From positions 28,454-92,453 of the IMG/VR virus record IMGVR_UViG_3300027365_000010: a stretch of DNA of 64,000 bases, one strand, 5' to 3'. Source of the DNA: a virus. This document shows positions 27,702-35,680 of this stretch, in pieces. Made by a program: the position numbers and the translations under genes. Under the pieces are notes generated by a model. The model was not told the DNA's origin and made no database searches. It saw only the letters and a list, made by a program, of their open reading frames with translations. The number at the start of each line of letters is the position of its first letter. Within the stretch, counting starts at the first letter, position 1.

Positions 27702-29459
27702 CTACCAGCTTTTTAATACTCTATGAAGGCTTTGGATAACATCTATGTATTTTTTCTTGAAATACCGCTCAAACAACTCCATAGAATCTTGATTAGGATT
27801 GCCTTCATCAAACTCTTCAAAGAATTCGCTCAAATCAATTCTTTTAGAAATTGCCTTAAGTGAACTATATAGATATGACATAGTAAAACCATACTTTTCT
27901 TTCACTACGCTATTGGCCATCTTGGACAACTTCTTGTAGTACTCTTTGTTGTACTCATCAGTATATGCAAAGTTTAGTAAATATAATGCCCTGAATAGAT
28001 GCGTACCTATTTCACCATATCGCTCATGGTAATTCTCACCACCAAAGAATCGCAGTTCAATACGCCCACCAAGTATATCATAATCTTTGAAGTTAATAGT
28101 TTGAAATTTTTCTTTATTATTCGTATTCGAGATATACTGTTCTAAGTTCTTAACGACATCCACTAAGCTATCATTTTCTAAAACACTAGTTAGAATGTAC
28201 TTATCGATTACCTTTTCTATTTCATATATTACAATTTCTTGCAAATCCAGTACATGACTTCTCTCAGGAAAAAATTCACTTATATAATCTATGTCCATAA
28301 TAGTAATAAACTTCGCTATGTTAAAGTCATCATGATCATGAATACGTGACGATATAGATATATGCATACCAGCATAGCTTTCAACTCGGTGATTCTGCAA
28401 ATACTTAAACATGGTCTCGATATTAAGCAATGCCTCATCAACATCCATTTTCTCTGTAATCACTTCTATCATTTCGTCGTGTTCATCAACAATCTTATCG
28501 ATATGAGGAATCTGATCTCTAATTTCATCTTCGTTCACTTCATAGTTCTGTATAATATCTTCTAAATTTTCTCTCGCAGTGTCCACGAGATGCCTAGTTA
28601 TACCCAAAACATCATGATAATTCTCCACATACGATATATAATCAGGAAGCGTAAAATCACCATAACTGAAACCATCTGGCTCTACGGTATAAGAAAGATG
28701 TTCTATATCAAGTTCAGTTGTGATCAATGAAGAATTAGACAACATCTCAATTGCATCTGATACATCCACAATTTCATCTTTATCAATGGAATCTAAATAT
28801 TCATCATTAGTTATTTCCGTAATGTTGAAAAATCGTTCATCAAATAAGGTATTGGACTGATAAAAGTTATAGAAATCTTTCATCATCTCACTATTGGCTC
28901 CGAAAAGATCACCATCAAAATATACATCTAATACAGTACATATATCATACATCTCTCTAAGATTAATTTCATGGTTGTATACAATATCTTTTATGCTGTA
29001 AAGCTCTACTTCCCCTTCATCATTTACTGAGTCTTTCAAAACATCCCTATAAAGAATAACATAAGATGCTTTCTTATCATCGGGGAATAAATCTTGCGTC
29101 TCAGTATCAGAAGATTGAAACTCTCTTATTTTTTTAACTAATCGTGTTGTTAATGTAAGAAAGTCCATTACCTTTGACGGTACTGAACTATCCATGTCAT
29201 GGACACTTTCAACATAATCAGCAATATATTCGGAATATTCAGGTTCTAGAAACATATCGTGGTTATCATAGAGTTTGTCTAAATCATGAAGTATTTCATC
29301 ATCAGCCTGTGATATATCAATGACATCATCGAAGTTAACCTCTTCGCCTTCATAATTAAACTCATATTCGATACCAACAAAATATTCATCAGCATGATCT
29401 AAAATAAACTGTTTTTCTTTATTACCAAACTTAATCCCCTCAAATAACTCTTTACTCAT
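27702..29459 (-). CDS. Putative amidoligase (COOH-NH2 ligase fold), paralogue 2
   Basis: GIEYE, EVIT, GMHISIS, KFQTINF, RIELRFFGG. Confidence 0.75.
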   Translation of the reverse strand: MSKELFEGIKFGNKEKQFILDHADEYFVGIEYEFNYEGEEVNFDDVIDISQADDEILHDLDKLYDNHDMFLEPEYSEYIADYVESVHDMDSSVPSKVMDFLTLTTRLVKKIREFQSSDTETQDLFPDDKKASYVILYRDVLKDSVNDEGEVELYSIKDIVYNHEINLREMYDICTVLDVYFDGDLFGANSEMMKDFYNFYQSNTLFDERFFNITEITNDEYLDSIDKDEIVDVSDAIEMLSNSSLITTELDIEHLSYTVEPDGFSYGDFTLPDYISYVENYHDVLGITRHLVDTARENLEDIIQNYEVNEDEIRDQIPHIDKIVDEHDEMIEVITEKMDVDEALLNIETMFKYLQNHRVESYAGMHISISSRIHDHDDFNIAKFITIMDIDYISEFFPERSHVLDLQEIVIYEIEKVIDKYILTSVLENDSLVDVVKNLEQYISNTNNKEKFQTINFKDYDILGGRIELRFFGGENYHERYGEIGTHLFRALYLLNFAYTDEYNKEYYKKLSKMANSVVKEKYGFTMSYLYSSLKAISKRIDLSEFFEEFDEGNPNQDSMELFERYFKKKYIDVIQSLHRVLKSW

Positions 29460-31180
29460 TCCAAACCCCTTAAAAAATCCAAATCTAGCATCCAGTCTTC
29501 ACCAAACGCTTTTGACATATATCTATCGAACTGTTTAATGTCATCTATCTGTTCTTGACCTATGGTCTTTTTAAACCAGTCATACATTTTTGCTATATCT
29601 TTAGGAAATATCTTGTTGGCTCGATTTATTACCGATACAATGTTACTTAATGAAGTATTATATTTTTCCTTAGCATTTTTATTAATTATCTTAACCATCT
29701 TCTTATAAAAAACATTATTATATGTGTCTGTATAAGCGAAGTTCAAAAGATATAGCGCCCTTAATAAGTGATGTTTGATCTCATCCTCGTATAAATGGTA
29801 ATCTTCCCCACCAAAGAACCGTAGTTCTATACGCCCATCTAATACTTTATAATCACCAAATTTTATAGATTGTTCCTTGTGGTAAGAAATCATCACTTCA
29901 ATTCTGTGTGTAAGTGTTTTAACAATTTCTGATGCTGACAATACTTTATTATTACTATTGTATATATCCTCGATAACATCAGGCAACATATCCTTTGCTT
30001 CATAATCAATTATTTGTTCTAGATTTTCAACATATTGTCTCTCAGGGAACATATCTAATACATGATCTAGATCTAAAAGAGCCACGAATTTCATCAGGTT
30101 GAAGTCGTCAAGATTGTATTTATTAGTTGATATTGATATATGCATTCCTGAATAATTACTTGTTTCCGAATTACTGATCATAAAATTGAACATCTGGTCT
30201 ATGTTCTTAAATGCCTCAATTACGTTCATCTTGGTGGTTATAACTTCAGCCTGTTCAGCATTGTCCCTTTTAATACCCGTGATTTTAGATATATCAACAC
30301 CGTGTTCTTTTAAATCATCTTCATCAGGTAAGGAACCTTCTGAATGCATCGGGATTTCAGACGAAATAGATTCAAATTGCTCTGAAAATTCTCTGAAAAT
30401 TTCATTATCAATAGTAGGTATAGTAGCATGATCCTCACGATAAGTTGTATACTGATCAAAACTTATGCTTTGTTCATCAAACTCTGCAAACTCATAAGGT
30501 ATATCTTCTTTACTCGGTATATCTAGTAATTCCGTATTAGCCATCGAATCTATCAATCCATTTAAGTGCTTCTCATCACCATCGATTATCTTACTAATAA
30601 TTACTAAATAATCACTGTATTGTGCGAAATTCTCGTCATTAAACATTTCACCCTCATAATACAGGTCGATAAAACGCATTATATCTTCTATATAACTTCG
30701 ATTCCAAGAAGAGATACGCTTAACATTTGTCTTATCAATGTCACCGTTGTTTAAGATCTTCATGAAGGCATCATAAAACTGTCGTATGGTTTTCTCATCA
30801 TCAACCATATTCATTTGAGTACCAAACTCGTGTTCATCATCTTCCTGTTCGTCAGACTTTACATTTTTCTTCACAAGTCGGTCAAAGTCATTAATATGAT
30901 CAAACAGCTTGATTAGGATCATTCCATCTTTAACCATCTGTTGTATTTTACTACCTACTAGAACATCTTCAAATATTCGTTCAACCTCTACCGTCAGGTC
31001 ATATGCATTTATCATGGATAAAAAATCATCCATGTCATTATCTAAGAAATCTCCGATCTTAAGATTTTCTTTATAATGCATTTCATATTCTATACCAACA
31101 TTAAAATCTTTGGCATTCTTAAGTATTAGAGCTTTTTCTTTCTCTCCAAATTTAACGCCTTCAAAAATCTTTTTAGTCAT
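29456..31180 (-). CDS. Putative amidoligase (COOH-NH2 ligase fold), paralogue 1
   Basis: GIEYE, EVIT, GMHISIS, RIELRFFGG; start moved to MTKKIFE behind the AAGGA RBS and TATAAATA at 31207-31214 (-). Confidence 0.75.
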   Translation of the reverse strand: MTKKIFEGVKFGEKEKALILKNAKDFNVGIEYEMHYKENLKIGDFLDNDMDDFLSMINAYDLTVEVERIFEDVLVGSKIQQMVKDGMILIKLFDHINDFDRLVKKNVKSDEQEDDEHEFGTQMNMVDDEKTIRQFYDAFMKILNNGDIDKTNVKRISSWNRSYIEDIMRFIDLYYEGEMFNDENFAQYSDYLVIISKIIDGDEKHLNGLIDSMANTELLDIPSKEDIPYEFAEFDEQSISFDQYTTYREDHATIPTIDNEIFREFSEQFESISSEIPMHSEGSLPDEDDLKEHGVDISKITGIKRDNAEQAEVITTKMNVIEAFKNIDQMFNFMISNSETSNYSGMHISISTNKYNLDDFNLMKFVALLDLDHVLDMFPERQYVENLEQIIDYEAKDMLPDVIEDIYNSNNKVLSASEIVKTLTHRIEVMISYHKEQSIKFGDYKVLDGRIELRFFGGEDYHLYEDEIKHHLLRALYLLNFAYTDTYNNVFYKKMVKIINKNAKEKYNTSLSNIVSVINRANKIFPKDIAKMYDWFKKTIGQEQIDDIKQFDRYMSKAFGEDWMLDLDFLRGLE

Positions 31181-31222
31181 TATAATATCCTTTTTATCTT
31201 TAATAATATTTATAGATAAGAA

Positions 31223-31250
31223 AAAAGGGGGATACACTCATCCCCCTTTT
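31223..31250. terminator. Intrinsic terminator hairpin
   Basis: AAAAGGGGGAT-ACACTC-ATCCCCCTTTT. Confidence 0.7.
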
Positions 31251-31328
31251 ATATACTAAGTCCACTATATTATTTAAATTTTACATTACTACCTTTTAGA
31301 TTTTTAACAATCATAGTTCATACCCCCT

Positions 31329-31718
31329 CTATTTCTTTCTTTTCTTCTTCCATCGGACTATCTTACCAGTATTAGGATCAGTTTTAACTCTAGGCTTAAT
31401 TAATGGATAACCTTTTACATCAACTCTGCGATAACTATAGTATCCACGGATATTTTTCCACACGAACCGCCCAAATGATGGTGCTACCGTGAAGTATTTT
31501 ACTACAGTATAAGGTACTTGATAATATTCATATTCAGCACCATTGTTAAATTCTATAGTTAATGTACCAATACCGTTCCCACTATCCTTAAACCAGAAGC
31601 TATGAACATTAGAACTACTCACGAATAAGCGCTCCAAATCTTCTTCGTTTAACTGTTGGATACTCTCATTAAGAGGAATATCACACATATCATAATCGTA
31701 TTCAAATAAAATCATCAA
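31329..31718 (-). CDS. KTSC-domain protein
   Basis: VSSSNV...LTIEFNNGAEYEYYQVP......APSFGRFVWKNIRG. Confidence 0.85.
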   Translation of the reverse strand: MMILFEYDYDMCDIPLNESIQQLNEEDLERLFVSSSNVHSFWFKDSGNGIGTLTIEFNNGAEYEYYQVPYTVVKYFTVAPSFGRFVWKNIRGYYSYRRVDVKGYPLIKPRVKTDPNTGKIVRWKKKRKK

Positions 31719-31741
31719 TAGCCACCTTCGTTTACGTATAT

Positions 31742-32482
31742 TTATACAAGGTCATCAAGCACTGGCTCTTCAAAATATATACATTTCAGAAACTTATGAG
31801 CGCGATACATTTTACCGTTCACTACCTGTTCTTTTGAGGAATATACAACATGAATCCAGTTACCTTGCACTTTAAAGTATTTAGAATAAACTTCTACACC
31901 ATTATCGGTATATTTATCTATGGTTGCCTGACATTCTTCGAACGTAGAGCAGATTTTAGTCAAATTGCTTACAGTAATACGTGTCATCAAACGATCTTCA
32001 TCAACACCATTTAATGAACACAATGTCTTTACAAGGCCCATAAGCTTCTCATATTCTTTCAGATAATCTTTACTATCTTTTAGATTCAAGGCATCGATAA
32101 GCTCATCAGTTTGATATTCAACAAGTTTGATCATTCGTTCATTAGTAATGTCTGGACGATTCTCATAATAGTCATAGTTATAAACTACCTTACTATCTAA
32201 TCCAAGTAGGTAGCCAATACCATATCCAAACGTCAGAAGATCACCAATCGCGTCAATTATTTCTTTTCGATCATTCTTTTCTAAACCATCTTTTACGAAC
32301 TCTTCTGCCTCATCGTACATATTTTCAGTTTGGGTAATCACCTTATTAGTTCTGTTATCCCCAAATGTATTACCAAAAATCTCATTAATGAAATAAACCT
32401 GTGATGCAGCATTCATATCATATACGCGTTCGATAAGTGGTTGTAAATCTTTACGTTCTACTGTCATATTCTTTTTCTCCAT
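31742..32482 (-). CDS. MazG-like/all-alpha NTP pyrophosphohydrolase
   Basis: DEAEEF...IIDAIGDLL, SNLTK motifs. Confidence 0.75.
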   Translation of the reverse strand: MEKKNMTVERKDLQPLIERVYDMNAASQVYFINEIFGNTFGDNRTNKVITQTENMYDEAEEFVKDGLEKNDRKEIIDAIGDLLTFGYGIGYLLGLDSKVVYNYDYYENRPDITNERMIKLVEYQTDELIDALNLKDSKDYLKEYEKLMGLVKTLCSLNGVDEDRLMTRITVSNLTKICSTFEECQATIDKYTDNGVEVYSKYFKVQGNWIHVVYSSKEQVVNGKMYRAHKFLKCIYFEEPVLDDLV

Positions 32483-32797
32483 TTTGTTATATCAATAACA
32501 TAACACGAATAACAGATTTGTCTATATGTCCAGATATGAGAATTATTATCAATAAAACTCTGACCTAAAAAGTCTAACCTATTTCTTATTATTTCTATAT
32601 AAAGAAAAAGTAAGAGTTTTAGTTATAGATAGAGATATATTTAAGTAATAGAAATATCATGATAATGATATTTCATATCTGTATGGAATGGAATGACATA
32701 CAGATAATAACTATATAGTTAACTACTATAAATATAATTTCTCTATGGGTATTTGTGAGGCGTCAAGCACCTCACAATGAATTCTTACGAATTCGAT

Positions 32798-32827
32798 TTG
32801 ACATGGAGATGTACTACTTGCTATAAT
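32798..32827 (+). promoter_or_regulatory. Sigma70-type promoter
   Basis: TTGACA-18 bp-TATAAT with extended -10 TG. Confidence 0.75.
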
Positions 32828-32859
32828 TTATTTTTAAATCAATTACGGAGGGAATTATT

Positions 32860-33183
32860 ATGCAACACGTACAATCATTTGCAGGTACTGTACTGAGCAA
32901 GAAAAATTTCAAAGAACTACGCGATCAAGTAACCGAACAAGTTCTGGTCGAAATTCTCTCCCCATCAAAAGGGAAATATTTCGTTACACCAGAACAATAT
33001 GTGAAGCGCTTCAATGCACCTCATAAACAAGTGACACGTGTCCTTCAATATTTGGTAAGAGATGGTATTCTCATGCCTGAATATCGAACACAACTGGAAT
33101 CTGGTCGTGAACAGAGCTATTTCTATTTCAAAGCTTCTAAAATTGAGGCTGAGAGCTACGCACGAAAGTTTTTCAACATTTAA
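32860..33183 (+). CDS. Putative winged-helix DNA-binding protein
   Basis: HKQVTRVLQYLVRDGIL helix followed by a beta hairpin. Confidence 0.5.
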   Translation: MQHVQSFAGTVLSKKNFKELRDQVTEQVLVEILSPSKGKYFVTPEQYVKRFNAPHKQVTRVLQYLVRDGILMPEYRTQLESGREQSYFYFKASKIEAESYARKFFNI

Positions 33184-33184
33184 A

Positions 33185-33204
33185 AAGAGGGCTTAAGCCC
33201 TCTT
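33185..33204. terminator. Terminator hairpin between convergent genes
   Basis: AAGAGGGC-TTAA-GCCCTCTT. Confidence 0.7.
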
Positions 33205-34396
33205 AAATAGATTTTGTTAATTTCAGATAGTTACGGTAGTTACCTAAAGACCTCATCACATCTTTGTCATAACCAAATTTTTTATCTAAATAAGCAATAC
33301 AGTTATGAACTATGATAAAATTGTGACTAGATTCTTTATTGCTATTCCCATTCGTTTTAAATATGAATTTAATATAATCTTCAGTAAGCATTTCGGAGAC
33401 ATCTATTCCCATAACTTCATAATAATACACGATGGAAAGTCCAACATGATATTGGCATGAAAATGTTTGGGCTTCCGTTGGTTTAGTAGTGGAACTTGAA
33501 TCCATATGTTTTTGAATCATGAACATTGAATGGATATCAATAGCCGCGTACTCTTTTGTAATGAATTCATTGATTTCTTCAATCATATCGTTATATGATG
33601 TGGTTTTATGCGTCATTGCCTCGACGCAGTTTGGATTTACTATTGAATAGTTGTCACATACATTCCTGTAATTGAATTTTTTCTGATACTTGCTTACATC
33701 TTCACCATTATCTTTTTGCTCGAACATGGAATGATGCACAGGTGCGTCCCCCCATGCTATAGGAATATTATCTAAAATATTCAAGAGATATGGAACGTTG
33801 TTATCAACCATATATTTCAAAGCATTATTCGTAAACACTTTAGCTTTGTTGATCAGTGTAAATCTTTCGGTTCTATCGATAGTTGTTATCGAAAATGCAT
33901 TTTTTATATCAATAGTAAATCCTAGAATGGCATATGTCAGGTAGTTAATGTTAACATGGTATTTTTGTAAGAAAATATATTGAACTTTAGAGGATATAAT
34001 CTGACTATACCGCTTCGATATAGATATAAAAGCTTCAGTAGCTGCGTCTTGAATGTGCTGTTCAGTTATGTTTTTGGAAATGTCATCATCGCGAAGAGAA
34101 AGAACCAGAAGCAGAACGTAATACATTTCTGGTATACGATTACGAAAATATGTCATATGATCTTGGATAAAATTTCTAACACTTGGATCTGCATCGGTAC
34201 CAGATAACATTGCATCACTAATAGACGATAAGATTGCACGGTATTCACGCGCAATAACCGAATGTCGGTTCATAGGATCGAGACATTGCACTAAGTTATC
34301 AATTCTCTGCGACAGTTTTGAATTAAATGTAGGTGTGATCTTACTCATCGTCGTCCTCAACAACTTTAATTTCGGATACGAACCCTGCAAATTCAA
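33203..34396 (-). CDS. Hypothetical protein
   Basis: Long ORF; true start probably MSKIT near 34348. Confidence 0.7.
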   Translation of the reverse strand: MNLQGSYPKLKLLRTTMSKITPTFNSKLSQRIDNLVQCLDPMNRHSVIAREYRAILSSISDAMLSGTDADPSVRNFIQDHMTYFRNRIPEMYYVLLLVLSLRDDDISKNITEQHIQDAATEAFISISKRYSQIISSKVQYIFLQKYHVNINYLTYAILGFTIDIKNAFSITTIDRTERFTLINKAKVFTNNALKYMVDNNVPYLLNILDNIPIAWGDAPVHHSMFEQKDNGEDVSKYQKKFNYRNVCDNYSIVNPNCVEAMTHKTTSYNDMIEEINEFITKEYAAIDIHSMFMIQKHMDSSSTTKPTEAQTFSCQYHVGLSIVYYYEVMGIDVSEMLTEDYIKFIFKTNGNSNKESSHNFIIVHNCIAYLDKKFGYDKDVMRSLGNYRNYLKLTKSI

Positions 34397-34901
34397 TACC
34401 GTCAGAAGACTTTGCTATAATGTATGGGCGCTCAAGACCTTGGAAATCTCTACACACTTCGACTGTATAAACATACGGAACACGTTTAACATCAACTTCT
34501 GATACAATCCTCACAGCATCACCATTAAGTACATTATCGTATTCACTAAACAATTTATGGACAATGTTAGACGCAAGTGAGTTAACGTTGTCGAAGGAAT
34601 TGCGCACGGTGATGAAGTCTTCATCGTTTTCGTTACGATAATATTCAATATAACGTTCTGACTCTGGAATAGTGAAATTCATATAATCTTCCATTGTTCT
34701 CGGTCGTTCTTCTGGGATGAGAGTTTCTTTATACCGATCACTGCAAAGATTATAAAAGAGGTTTCGTGGCATTTTTACGGACTGCCCAAAATGTTCACAG
34801 AAGAATTCACAAATGTTGCTTACTATTGCACTGTCTTTCAGGTAGATATTAACTACTGAATTACCCGATTGGTTCTTTACAATAATATATCCCGGTGTCA
34901 T
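34341..34901 (-). CDS. Hypothetical protein
   Basis: 186-aa ORF with GGGAG RBS. Confidence 0.7.
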   Translation of the reverse strand: MTPGYIIVKNQSGNSVVNIYLKDSAIVSNICEFFCEHFGQSVKMPRNLFYNLCSDRYKETLIPEERPRTMEDYMNFTIPESERYIEYYRNENDEDFITVRNSFDNVNSLASNIVHKLFSEYDNVLNGDAVRIVSEVDVKRVPYVYTVEVCRDFQGLERPYIIAKSSDGIEFAGFVSEIKVVEDDDE

Positions 34902-34964
34902 GTGTTGTCTCCCTTGACGGATAATAGTTTTATGATAAAGTTTTAATTTTGGAGAATAACAACA

Positions 34965-35594
34965 ATGAATAACAAAAAAATTGTCGGCCTTATGGGCTTT
35001 AAAGGCAGCGGTAAAGACACTGTTGCTAATATCCTATCTGAATACGATTACTCAATTCTATCATACGCTGAAACACTAAAGCAATGCCTATGTGTAATTT
35101 TTGGATGGGAAATGGAAATGATCAATGGTCATACGCCCGAGTCACGTAAATGGCGTGATGATGTAGATCACTGGTGGGCAGAGAAGTTAGGCATTCCTAA
35201 TTTTACTCCCAGAATGGCTATGACTATGATTGGTACTGATTTATTCAGAAAACATTTTGATGAAAATATCTGGGTTTATTCCCTTGTAAACAAAATTAAT
35301 AGTATCAAGGGTAATGTGGTCGTTACTGATATTCGATTCCCTAATGAATATCACTACATAAATTCTATGCCCAACTCATCCATATTTCGCGTAAGACGAT
35401 TCAGACCAGAATGGGAAAATACTGGTATTAAAGCGGCATACGGTGACCAAGATGCAATTCAAACCCTGAACGCAATGAACATCCACGAATCCGAATGGGC
35501 ATGGCTCTCGTGCGATTATAAATGTGAGATTAAGAATGTAGGTAGCTTTTCTGATTTAGCGGTAAATGTTGAACAAACGATTATTAAATGCTGA
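34965..35594 (+). CDS. Deoxynucleoside monophosphate kinase (T4 gp1-like)
   Basis: GFKGSGKDT, TPRMAMTMIGTD, VVTDIRFPNE, HESE. Confidence 0.92.
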   Translation: MNNKKIVGLMGFKGSGKDTVANILSEYDYSILSYAETLKQCLCVIFGWEMEMINGHTPESRKWRDDVDHWWAEKLGIPNFTPRMAMTMIGTDLFRKHFDENIWVYSLVNKINSIKGNVVVTDIRFPNEYHYINSMPNSSIFRVRRFRPEWENTGIKAAYGDQDAIQTLNAMNIHESEWAWLSCDYKCEIKNVGSFSDLAVNVEQTIIKC

Positions 35595-35619
35595 AGAATA
35601 TATTCATAATTTCATTACC

Positions 35620-35627
35620 TATAAATA
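35620..35627 (+). promoter_or_regulatory. T4-type late promoter of the tail sheath gene
   Basis: TATAAATA 53 bp upstream of the ATG. Confidence 0.75.
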
Positions 35628-35680
35628 ACTATATAAAGATTTTTAACTGAATATATTCAAAAACAAGGAGAATTATTTCA

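Noticed and set aside
31181-31237. N-terminal extension of the 593-aa ORF given in the track
   Set aside because: It spans a terminator hairpin and the late promoter; alignment with the paralogue places the start at 31180.
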